NCBI GenBank assembly: GCA_964036045.1
Contig: OZ038378.1
Coordinates: 183,582,001 to 183,646,000 of the forward strand
Origin: Eutreptiella sp. 'Long Island Sound 2002'
Lineage: Eukaryota; Protista; Euglenida
Length of the DNA stretch: 64,000 nucleotides
Reading direction: 5' to 3'
This document shows positions 12,001-24,400 of the stretch, piece after piece. The notes below the pieces were generated by a model, which saw only the letters and a list, made by a program, of their open reading frames with translations, made no database searches and was not told where the DNA came from. The stretch's first letter is position 1, and every line of letters begins with the position of its first letter. Position numbers and translations under genes: made by a program.

Positions 12001-15000
12001 AGATACCATCCACAGCCCATCAGGAATAAATAACAACCATCCAGAGCCCATCAGGAATTTACAGATACCATTTAGAGCCCATCACGAATAAACAGCAACC
12101 ATGTAGAGCCCTTCAGGAATAAACAACAACCATCGAGAGCCAATCAGGAATAAACAGCAACCTTCCAGAGGCCATCCAGAAGTAATAGCAACCATCTAGA
12201 GCCCATCAAGAATAAACAACAACCATCCAGAGCCCATTAGGAATAAACAACAACCATCCAGAGGCCATCGGGAATAAACCGCAACCATCTAGAACCCATC
12301 AGGGATAAACAACAACCATCCAAAGCCCATCACGAATTTACAGATACCATCCAGAGCCCATCAGGAATAAACAACAAACATCCAGAGCCCTTCAGGAATC
12401 AACATCAACCGTCTAGAGCCCATCAGGAACTAACAGCAACCATCCAAAGCCCATCAGGAAGTTATGGTAACCATCCATAGCCCACGAGGAATAAACAGCA
12501 ACCATCCAGAGCCCATTAGGAATAAGCAGCAACCATCCAGAGCCCATTAGGAATAAGCAGCAACCATCCAGAGCGCATCAGGAACAAACAGCAAGGATCC
12601 AGAGCCCATCAGGAAATTACAGCAACCATTCAGAGCCCATCAGGAATAAACAACAACCATCCAGAGCCCATCAGGAATAAACAGCAACCATCCAGAGCCC
12701 ATCAGGAATAAGCAGCAACAATCCGGAGCCCATCAGGAAGTATCAGCCACCATCCGGAGCCCATCAAGAATTTACAAAAACCATCCAGAGCCCATCAGGA
12801 AATTGCAGCAACCACCCAGAGACCATCACTGCATCAGGAATAAACAACAACCACCCAGAGCCCATCAAGAATAAACAGCAACCATCCAGAGCCCATCAGG
12901 AAGTAACAACATCCATCCAGAGCCCATCAAGAATAAACAACAACCATCCAGAGCGCATCAGGAACAAACAGCAACGATCCAGAGCCCATGAGGAAATTAC
13001 AGCAACCATCCATAGCCCATCACGAATAAACAAGCACCATCCAGAGCCCATCAGGAATAAACAGCAACCATCCGGAGCCCATCAGGAAGTATCAGCCACC
13101 ATCCAAAGCCCATCACGAATTTACAAAAACCATCTAGAGCTCATCAGGAAATTGCAGCAACCATCCAGAGCCCATCACTGCATCAGGAATAAACAACAAC
13201 CATCCAGAGCCCATCAAGAATAAACAGCAACCATCAAGACCCCATCAGAAAATAACAACATCCATCCAGAGCCCATCAGGAATAAACAACAACCATCCAG
13301 AGCCCATCAGGAATTAACAGCGACGATCCAGAGCCCACCAGGAAGTATCGGCAACCATCCACAGCCCATCAAGAATTTACAGATACCATTCACAGCCCAT
13401 GAGGAATAAACAGCAACCATGTAGAGCCCATCAGGAATAAACAACAACCATCCAGAGCCCATCAGCAATAAACAACAATCATCCGGAGCCCATAAGGAAA
13501 TAACAGCAATCATCCAAAGCCCATCAGGAATTAGCAGCAACGATCCAGAGCCCATCACGAAAAAACAGCATCCATCCACAGCCCAGCACGAATTTGCAGA
13601 TACCATCCAGAGCCCAACAAGAATAAACAGCAACCATGTAGAGCCCATCAGGAATAAACAACAGCCATCCAGAGCCCATCAGGAATGAACAGCATCCATC
13701 TAGAGCCCATCAAGAATAAACAACATCCATCCTGAGCCCATCAGGAATAAAGAGCAACGATCTAGAGCCCATAAGGAATAAACAGCAACGATCCAGAGCC
13801 CATCCGGAAGTAACAGCAGCCATCCAGAGCCCATCAGGAAGTAGCAACAACCATCTAGAGCCCATCAGGAATTAACAGCAACCATCCAAAGCCCATCAGG
13901 AAGTTACGGAAACCATGCAGAGTGCACGAGGAATAAACAGCAACCATCCAGAGCCCATTAGGAATAAACAACAACCGTGCAGAGCCCATCTGAAATAAAC
14001 AGCAACCATCCAGAGCGCATCAGGAACAAACAGCAACGATCCAGAGCCCATCAGGAAATTACATCAACCATCCGGAGCCCATCATGAATGAACAACAACC
14101 ATCCAGAGCCCATCAGGAATAAACAGCAACCATACGGAGCCCATCAGGAAGAAACAGCAACCATCCAGAGCCCATTAGGAATAAACCACAACCATCCAGA
14201 GCCCATCAGGAATAAGCAGCAACCATCCAGGGCGCATCAAGAACAAACAGCAACGATCCAGAGCCCATCAGGAAATTACAGCAACCATCCAGAGCCCATC
14301 GGGAATAAACAACGACCATCCAGAGCCCATCAGGAATAAACAGCAACCATCCAGAGCCCATCAAGAATAAACAGCAACCATGCGGAGCCCATCAGGAAGT
14401 ATCAGCAACCATCCAGAGCCCATCACGAATTTACAAAAACCATCCAGAGCCCATCACGAAATTGCAGCAACCATCCAGAGCCCATCACTGCGTCAGGAAT
14501 AAACAACAACCATCTAGAGCCCACCAAGAATAAACAGCCACCATCCAGAGCCCATCGCGAATAAACAGCAACCATCCAGAGCCCATCAGGAGTAAACAAC
14601 AACCATCCAGAGCCCATCAGGAATAAACAGCAACAATCCGGAGCCCATCAGGAAGTATCAGCCACCATCCAAAGCCCATCAGGAATTTACAAAAAACATC
14701 CAGAGCCCATCAGGAAATTGCAGCAACCATCCAGAGCCCATCACTGCATCAGGAATAAACAACAACCATCCAGAGCCCATCAAGAATAAACAGCAACCAT
14801 CCAGACCCCATCAGAAAATAACAACATCCATCCAAAGCCCATCAGGCATAAACAACAACCATCCAGAGCCCATCAGGAATTAACAGCGGCGATCCAGAGC
14901 CCATCAAGAAATATCAGCAACCATCCAGAGCCCATCAAGAATTTACAGATACCATTCAGAGCCCATGAGGAATAAAAAGCAACCATGTAGAGCCCATCAG

Positions 15001-15835
15001 GAATAAACAACAACCATCCAGAGCCCATCAGGAATAAACTACAACCATCCAGAGCCCATCAGGAAATAATAGCAATCATCCAAAGCCCATCAGGATTAGC
15101 ATCAACGATCCAGAGCCCATCACGAAATAACAGCATCCATCCAAAGCCCATCACGAATTTACCGATACCATCCAGAGCCCAACAGAAATAAACAGCAACC
15201 ATGTAGAGCCCATCAGGAATAAACAACAACCATCCAGAGCCCATCAAGAATAAACAGCAACCATCCAGAGCCCTTCCGGAAATAACAGCATCCATCTAGA
15301 GCCCATCAAGAATAAACAACATCCATCTGGAGCCCATCAGGAATAAAGAGCAACGATGTAGAGCCCATCAGGAATAAACAGCAACCATCCAAAGCCCATC
15401 CGGAAGTAACAGCAACCATCCAGAGCCCATCAGGAACTAGCAGCAACCATCCAGAGCCCATCAGGAATTAACAGCAACCATCCAGAGCCCATCCGGAAGT
15501 AACATCAACCATCCAGAGCCCATCAGGAAGTAGCAGCAACCATCCAGAGCCCATCAGGAATTAACAGCAACCATCCAAAGCCGATCAGGAATTTACAGAA
15601 ACCATCCAGAGCCCATCACTAATAAACAGCAACCATCCAGAGCCCATCAGGAAATAACAGCAACCATCCAAAGCCCATCAGGAATGAACAACAACCATCG
15701 AGAGCCCATCAGGAATAAACAGCAACCATCCAGAGCCCATGAGGAATTAACAGCAACCATCCAGAGCCCATCAGGAATAAACAGCAACCATCCAGAGCCC
15801 ATCAGGAAGTAACAGCAACCATGCAGAGTGCACAA
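9081..15835. repeat. 31-bp tandem satellite, roughly 215-220 diverged monomers, A/C-rich on + strand
   Basis: Seen directly. Consensus ACCATCCAGAGCCCATCAGGAATAAACAGCA; AGCAACC recurs at 15721, 15752 and 15783, giving a 31-nt period. Confidence 0.97.
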
Positions 15836-16282
15836 AGAATTATCAATGTCTACAAAACCATGCAGGAAATACATGTCAACAACGATGCATAAAAACAATG
15901 CAAAATGACAGTCACACAAAGTGCAGCCATAAACAAAGTTTTGCAAGAAAGTACCCACAAAACAATAGAAAGCATGCAATAGTATGTACAAAGTGGACCC
16001 CACCTTTTCTATCAAATAACCCCAAAAGGCTTTTGCCATTGGTGTGTGTAAAATGAAACCAAAAAATGAGGAAAAAACAAACAAAAACAACAACAACCAA
16101 AAAAAGCATGGTTTTCCTTGATGTGCCCGTCAACCCGTCAACACCCTTTTTGATGGGCATTTGTGCGATCCCTGGTTGGGAGGCAGTGTGGTGCAGGTGC
16201 CAACCAGTGGGAGCGCCGTCAGAGACGGACACAAGCGGTGGACGGGGCTCGTCCCACCGTCTTACCTCAGGAGGAGGGTTGG

Positions 16283-16467
16283 CAGGGGAGTATAGGGGGG
16301 GGGGGGGGGTTCTGGTACCTACACGCTCGTGTACCAAAAATGGCCGAACCAGAATTCCCCAACGGTAACTTTCGTCTTTTTGCCACGATGGTCTTTTTTG
16401 GTCTCGGGGGGTGGGGATGTAACCCCCCTCGTCCGATGGTCTACGGCCATTTCTAATACTGCCCCGG
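16283..16467. mobile_element. Possible small MITE-like interspersed repeat with imperfect terminal inverted repeats
   Basis: Left end CAGGGGAGTATAG versus reverse complement of the right end CCGGGGCAGTATTAG; internal poly-G. No TSD confirmed. Confidence 0.3.
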
Positions 16468-16546
16468 GGACTGGCCTTCACACCCCCTTCCAGTGCAGAT
16501 TAGCTATCATCTCAAATATTAGCACACCGCCACCCTTGTCTTACAG

Positions 16547-17232
16547 ATGACTGTGTGCTGCACTTGCATGCTGATGACTATGTTGATGGCCAGCCGGAAT
16601 GGCGAAGCTGCAAGCAGGACTTGGTCGCCTCTGTGCCACCAGAAGTAGCGGATGCCTCTCGCAAGGGTGAGATGGTTGTGCCACCTGCTGCAGCTCCAAT
16701 CCAAGTGCCACTAACAACCGCCTCTCGTGAGATGCCACGTGTGACTTATGTTGTTTGGGCCCGGAAGGTTGGTCCTTACCCCCAGAGGAATCGGGGCTGG
16801 ATTCTTAGCCAGGACTCTGGATTTGTTTGGAGCCGTGCCATGACCCTCTCAGATAAGCGCTTTGGGTCTGTGTCATTGGTCAATCCCAATCATTTCAACT
16901 GCAACGTCAGTTCACCACCAACAGAGGAAGACGGCTGGTTCCACCTTGTCGTGATTTACAGACCATCACCCGAAAAAAGCGAGGTTTATTTCAATGGAAC
17001 CAGGGGCGTGACCACCACTTGCTGGGATGGCCCAAAAAAGAGAGATCCGCCACCTCTGGGGCAGCCACTGTGCATTGGAGGAAATAGAGAAGAACGTGAT
17101 CTGTACAATGCAGGTGTTGCCTTCAGGGAAGTGCGTGTGTATAATCGGGCACTTTCTGAAGCCGAGGTACAGCGACTCTATATGTACTCTGGGGCCAGTC
17201 GCAATGCAGCAGCAGCCCATCCGCGCACTTGA
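16547..17232 (+). CDS. Terminal exon encoding a LamG-like / concanavalin A-like jellyroll domain (Laminin_G_3 type); upstream exons not found
   Basis: Stop-free frame with family hallmarks VLHLHADD, TYVVWAR, GWFHLVVIY, EVYFNG, PLCIGG and EVRVYNRALSEAEVQRLY. Pyrimidine tract plus acceptor CCCTTGTCTTACAG ends at 16546 (phase 1); stop TGA at 17230-17232. Confidence 0.85.
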
Positions 17233-18443
17233 ACCGAAACCTAACCCTCATCAGAACCTGCCACCACCATCCAATTGACATGGTGGAAGCGGCCATGCTC
17301 AGTGGTACATCAGAATCTGTGCAATTGACGGTTATTGGTCATGAAAGCGAAATCCTTTCAACAATTGATAGGAAACACACAGTGCCTTTGGTTCAAATCA
17401 CGATGAAATCAAATTTCTTCAGGGGAATGGGATGGACGCACTCCAAATCTGCTGAATGGATTTGCTCAGCTGAGTGCAGTGTGATGTATCCTGGATTGAA
17501 ATTCAATGCACCGCTGGCTGTGCTCACGTGCCGTACACCTGGGGCTTCCAAGCACAATCAGGACATGACGGGCGATACTCAATCTTTAAAACCAGCCACT
17601 GCCCCCCCCCCCCCCCTTTGTGATCAGAGATTGCATGTTTCTGGAACAGTTTGAAATGTGGTGTGTTATGCACACCTCAAATCAACCCATCCAATCATCT
17701 GGACCAAATGTTGTGGCATTTCTCCAATTTTCCAAGCGTATGTTCTCTCCACAAGTAGGCCACAATTTAGTGCTCCCTAGCAGCCCCCTCAGCCCCTCCT
17801 CCACCGAAACGCCCAGCTCCCTTCAGTCTTTTTCAGGCATGTTCAAGCACCAGGCTGTCTGAGTCCTTCAAGGTTCAATGGCCTGCTGCTCGCATTTGTG
17901 AACACCGGCAGTCGACGGAACACCATCCTCTTGTCCCCTGACTCCCTGTTTCTGGTGACAGGAGGGGCGCCAGGTGCAGCCGGCAACCACCCGCTTGTAG
18001 TGCGGCGGATGGCGCGGACCTGGAGGTGGTCACACGGTACGCTGGGCCACACTGTGGCGTGTGCAGCTTGGCGATGCATCCGGGCGGGCAGCTCCTATGT
18101 TGGGGTTGGAGGATTGCTCCGTGATGTTTTTCAGCGTCCCCCCCCCCGCCCTGTGAGCCCCGCACCCCTGTCAGAACCGCGGGAATTTTAGTTTCCGCAA
18201 CTTTTGGAACTTTACTGCGGCTCTCGCAGGGGGGGGGCAGGGGAGGGCAGTCCTGAGCCGTGGGTCGATGCCCATTTGTCCGAGTGGCACATCTGCTGTT
18301 CTTCTGAGATTTGGTTTCAGCAAGGGCTGCGGTCCACCGATGTTGAAGCGACGACGGGTGGCAGGCAAGGCATGGGGATTGGTGGGTCCTCTTTGGGGAT
18401 TTGGTTGTGGTGATCGCCCGAAGTTCTGAGAGCGGTTCTCAAC

Positions 18444-18479
<36 letters not shown>

Positions 18480-21400
18480 ACAGAAACACTCACACAGAAA
18501 GGCGCCTAGTGCAGGCGGGACATGCTACTGTTTTTGTTCTGCTTTGCACCTGACGAGATCTAGTACATCCAGACCAGTCTTTTCTGTGCTCTGTTTGTCG
18601 CCGAAGTGTGTGTGTGTAACCCTTCCATTCCTCAACAGTGCTGGGACTGGGGCAGTACTGCGTCAGGTGCCACAGCACCACTAGGGAGGAGGGAAAATGC
18701 CAATGCACATTCAAGGACCGTTGTTTGCGGCCAACAATTGTTGAATTACTGCGTGTGTACATAGTTTCTGATGTCGTGTTTTTTTTTGTAACACGTTTTT
18801 TGACGTCCCAAAAAACGTCCCAAAAAATTAGCTTTCCCCCTCTCGGCCTGAGGTGCCTGAGCACTACGCCAAAGGGACGTCAGGTGCCAAGGCACCACGG
18901 TAAACGCTGTTCCTTATTTTATTTTATGCTGTTCCTGCGCTGTTCTGTGGCGGATTGCAGCGGCCCTAGTGGCCCAGGTTGCATACCCCTGCCTTGCCGG
19001 TGGGCCAGCATGGACGCGCCTCAGATGAGATAGACTGAATGCCTTCAGACAGCGTGTTGTTGTCGCCGCGAGGGGGCGGCCAGCAACCACCCGCTTGTAG
19101 TGCGGCGGATGGCGCGGACCTGGAGGTGGTCACGCGGTACACTGAGCCACACTGTGGCGTGTGCAGCTTGGCGATGCATCCGGGCGGGCAGCTCCTATGT
19201 TGGGGTTGGAGGATTGCTCCGTGATGTTTTTCAGCGCCCCCCCCCCCCCCCTGTGAGCCCCGCACCCCTGTCAGAACCGCTGGAATTTTAGTTTCCGCAA
19301 CTTTTGGAACTTTACTGCGGCTCTCGCAGGGGGGGGGCAGGGGAGGGCAGTCCTGAGCCGTGGGTCGATGCCCATTTGTCCGAGTGGCACATCTGCTGTT
19401 CTTCTGAGATTTGGTTTCAGCAAGGGCTGCGGTCCACCGATGTTGAAGCGACGACGGGTGGCAGGCAAGGCATGGGGATTGGTGGGTCCTCTTTGGGGAT
19501 TTGGTTGTGGTGATCGCCCGAAGTTCTGGGAGCGGTTCTCAACGTGTGTTTGTGTGTGTGTGTGTGTGTGTACACACAGAAACACTCACACAGAACACCT
19601 GGGGCTTCCAAGCACAATCAGGACATGACGGGCGATACTCAATCTTTAAAACCAGCCACTGCCCCCCCCCCCCCCTTTGTGATCAGAGATTGCATGTTTC
19701 TGGAACAGTTTGAAATGTGGTGTGTTATGCACACCTCAAATCAACCCATCCAATCATCTGGACCAAATGTTGTGGCATTTCTCCAATTTTCCAAGCGTAT
19801 GTTCTCTCCACAAGTAGGCCACAATTTAGTGCTCCCTAGCAGCCCCCTCAGCCCCTCCTCCACCGAAACGCCCAGCTCCCTTCAGTCTTTTTCAGGCATG
19901 TTCAAGCACCAGGCTGTCTGAGTCCTTCAAGGTTCAATGGCCTGCTGCTCGCATTTGTGAACACCGGCAGTCGACGGAACACCATCCTCTTGTCCCCTGA
20001 CTCCCTGTTTCTGGTGACAGGAGGGGCGCCAGGTGCAGCCGGCAACCACCCGCTTGTAGTGCCGCGGATGGCGCGGACCTGGAGGTGGTCACACGGTACG
20101 CTGGGCCACACTGTGGCGTGTGCAGCTTGGCGATGCATCCGGGCGGGCAGCTCCTATGTTGGGGTTGGAGGATTGCTCCGTGATGTTTTTCAGCGCCCCC
20201 CCCCCCCCCTGTGAGCCCCGCACCCCTGTCAGAACCGCGGGAATTTTAGTTTCCGCAACTTTTGGAACTTTACTGCGGCTCTCGCAGGGGGGGGGCAGGG
20301 GAGGGCAGTCCTGAGCCGTGGGTCGATGCCCATTTGTCCGAGTGGCACATCTGCTGTTCTTCTGAGATTTGGTTTCAGCAAGGGCTGCGGTCCACCGATG
20401 TTGAAGCGACGACGGGTGGCAGGCAAGGCATGGGGATTGGTGGGTCCTCTTTGGGGATTTGGTTGTGGTGATCGCCCGAAGTTCTGAGAGCGGTTCTCAA
20501 CGTGTGTTTGTGTTTGTGTGTGTGTGTGTGTACACACAGAAACACTCACACAGAACACCTGGGGCTTCCAAGCACAATCAGGACATGACGGGCGATACTC
20601 AATCTTTAAAACCAGCCACTGCCCCCCCCCCCCCCTTTGTGATCAGAGATTGCATGTTTCTGGAACAGTTTGAAATGTGGTGTGTTATGCACACCTCAAA
20701 TCAACCCATCCAATCATCTGGACCAAATGTTGTGGCATTTCTCCAATTTTCCAAGCGTATGTTCTCTCCACAAGTAGGCCACAATTTAGTGCTCCCTAGC
20801 AGCCCCCTCAGCCCCTCCTCCACCGAAACGCCCAGCTCCCTTCAGTCTTTTTCAGGCATGTTCAAGCACCAGGCTGTCTGAGTCCTTCAAGGTTCAATGG
20901 CCTGCTGCTCGCATTTGTGAACACCGGCAGTCGACGGAACACCATCCTCTTGTCCCCTGACTCCCTGTTTCTGGTGACAGGAGGGGCGCCAGGTGCGGCC
21001 GGCAACCACCCGCTTGTAGTGCCGCGGATGGCGCGGACCTGGAGGTGGTCACACGGTACGCTGGGCCACACTGTGGCGTGTGCAGCTTGGCGATGCATCC
21101 GGGCGGGCAGCTCCTATGTTGGGGTTGGAGGATTGCTCCGTGATGTTTTTCAGCGTCCCCCCCCCCCCCTGTGAGCCCCGCACCCCTGTCAGAACCGCGG
21201 GAATTTTAGTTTCCGCAACTTTTGGAACTTTACTGCGGCTCTCGCAGGGGGGGGGGCAGGGGAGGGCAGTCCTGAGCCGTGGGTCGATGCCCATTTGTCC
21301 GAGTGGCACATCTGCTGTTCTTCTGAGATTTGGTTTCAGCAAGGGCTGCGGTCCACCGATGTTGAAGCGACGACGGGTGGCAGGCAAGGCATGGGGATTG

Positions 21401-24400
21401 GTGGGTCCTCTTTGGGGATTTGGTTGTGGTGATCGCCCGAAGTTCTGAGAGCGGTTCTCAACGTGTGTTTGTGTGTGTGTGTGTGTGTGTGTACACACAG
21501 AAACACTCACACAGAACACCTGGGGCTTCCAAGCACAATCAGGACATGACGGGCGATACTCAATCTTTAAAACCAGCCACTGCCCCCCCCCCCCCCCCTT
21601 TGTGATCAGAGATTGCATGTTTCTGGAACAGTTTGAAATGTGGTGTGTTATGCACACCTCAAATCAACCCATCCAATCATCTGGACCAAATGTTGTGGCA
21701 TTTCTCCAATTTTCCAAGCGTATGTTCTCTCCACAAGTAGGCCACAATTTAGTGCTCCCTAGCAGCCCCCTCAGCCCCTCCTCCACCGAAACGCCCAGCT
21801 CCCTTCAGTCTTTTTCAGGCATGTTCAAGCACCAGGCTGTCTGAGTCCTTCAAGGTTCAATGGCCTGCTGCTCGCATTTGTGAACACCGGCAGTCGACGG
21901 AACACCATCCTCTTGTCCCCTGACTCCCTGTTTCTGGTGACAGGAGGGGCGCCAGGTGCAGCCGGCAACCACCCGCTTGTAGTGCCGCGGATGGCGCGGA
22001 CCTGGAGGTGGTCACACGGTACGCTGGGCCACACTGTGGCGTGTGCAGCTTGGCGATGCATCCGGGCGGGCAGCTCCTATGTTGGGGTTGGAGGATTGCT
22101 CCGTGATGTTTTTCAGCGCCCCCCCCCCCCCCCCTGTGAGCCCCGCACCCCTGTCAGAACCGCGGGAATTTTAGTTTCCGCAACTTTTGGAACTTTACTG
22201 CGGCTCTCGCAGGGGGGGGGGCAGGGGAGGGCAGTCCTGAGCCGTGGGTCGATGCCCATTTGTCCGAGTGGCACATCTGCTGTTCTTCTGAGATTTGGTT
22301 TCAGCAAGGGCTGCGGTCCACCGATGTTGAAGCGACGACGGGTGGCAGGCAAGGCATGGGGATTGGTGGGTCCTCTTTGGGGATTTGGTTGTGGTGATCG
22401 CCCGAAGTTCTGAGAGCGGTTCTCAACGTGTGTTTGTGTGTGTGTGTGTGTGTGTGTACACACAGAAACACTCACACAGAACACCTGGGGCTTCCAAGCA
22501 CAATCAGGACATGACGGGCGATACTCAATCTTTAAAACCAGCCACTGCCCCCCCCCCCCCCCCTTTGTGATCAGAGATTGCATGTTTCTGGAACAGTTTG
22601 AAATGTGGTGTGTTATGCACACCTCAAATCAACCCATCCAATCATCTGGACCAAATGTTGTGGCATTTCTCCAATTTTCCAAGCGTATGTTCTCTCCACA
22701 AGTAGGCCACAATTTAGTGCTCCCTAGCAGCCCCCTCAGCCCCTCCTCCACCGAAACGCCCAGCTCCCTTCAGTCTTTTTCAGGCATGTTCAAGCACCAG
22801 GCTGTCTGAGTCCTTCAAGGTTCAATGGCCTGCTGCTCGCATTTGTGAACACCGGCAGTCGACGGAACACCATCCTCTTGTCCCCTGACTCCCTGTTTCT
22901 GGTGACAGGAGGGGCGCCAGGTGCAGCCGGCAACCACCCGCTTGTAGTGCCGCGGATGGCGCGGACCTGGAGGTGGTCACACGGTACGCTGGGCCACACT
23001 GTGGCGTGTGCAGCTTGGCGATGCATCCGGGCGGGCAGCTCCTATGTTGGGGTTGGAGGATTGCTCCGTGATGTTTTTCAGCGCCCCCCCCCCCCCCCCT
23101 GTGAGCCCCGCACCCCTGTCAGAACCGCGGGAATTTTAGTTTCCGCAACTTTTGGAACTTTACTGCGGCTCTCGCAGGGGGGGGGGCAGGGGAGGGCAGT
23201 CCTGAGCCGTGGGTCGATGCCCATTTGTCCGAGTGGCACATCTGCTGTTCTTCTGAGATTTGGTTTCAGCAAGGGCTGCGGTCCACCGATGTTGAAGCGA
23301 CGACGGGTGGCAGGCAAGGCATGGGGATTGGTGGGTCCTCTTTGGGGATTTGGTTGTGGTGATCGCCCGAAGTTCTGAGAGCGGTTCTCAACGTGTGTTT
23401 GTGTGTGTGTGTGTGTGTGTGTACACACAGAAACACTCACACAGAACACCTGGGGCTTCCAAGCACAATCAGGACATGACGGGCGATACTCAATCTTTAA
23501 AACCAGCCACTGCCCCCCCCCCCCCCCTTTGTGATCAGAGATTGCATGTTTCTGGAACAGTTTGAAATGTGGTGTGTTATGCACACCTCAAATCAACCCA
23601 TCCAATCATCTGGACCAAATGTTGTGGCATTTCTCCAATTTTCCAAGCGTATGTTCTCTCCACAAGTAGGCCACAATTTAGTGCTCCCTAGCAGCCCCCT
23701 CAGCCCCTCCTCCACCGAAACGCCCAGCTCCCTTCAGTCTTTTTCAGGCATGTTCAAGCACCAGGCTGTCTGAGTCCTTCAAGGTTCAATGGCCTGCTGC
23801 TCGCATTTGTGAACACCGGCAGTCGACGGAACACCATCCTCTTGTCCCCTGACTCCCTGTTTCTGGTGACAGGAGGGGCGCCAGGTGCGGCCGGCAACCA
23901 CCCGCTTGTAGTGCCGCGGATGGCGCGGACCTGGAGGTGGTCACACGGTACGCTGGGCCACACTGTGGCGTGTGCAGCTTGGCGATGCATCCGGGCGGGC
24001 AGCTCCTATGTTGGGGTTGGAGGATTGCTCCGTGATGTTTTTCAGCGTCCCCCCCCCCCCCTGTGAGCCCCGCACCCCTGTCAGAACCGCGGGAATTTTA
24101 GTTTCCGCAACTTTTGGAACTTTACTGCGGCTCTCGCAGGGGGGGGGCAGGGGAGGGCAGTCCTGAGCCGTGGGTCGATGCCCATTTGTCCGAGTGGCAC
24201 ATCTGCTGTTCTTCTGAGATTTGGTTTCAGCAAGGGCTGCGGTCCACCGATGTTGAAGCGACGACGGGTGGCAGGCAAGGCATGGGGATTGGTGGGTCCT
24301 CTTTGGGGATTTGGTTGTGGTGATCGCCCGAAGTTCTGAGAGCGGTTCTCAACGTGTGTTTGTGTGTGTGTGTGTGTGTGTGTACACACAGAAACACTCA

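Noticed and set aside
9081-15835. 31-bp repeat as a CRISPR array
   Set aside because: No unique spacers, monomers are contiguous and diverged, there are no cas genes, and the context is eukaryotic.
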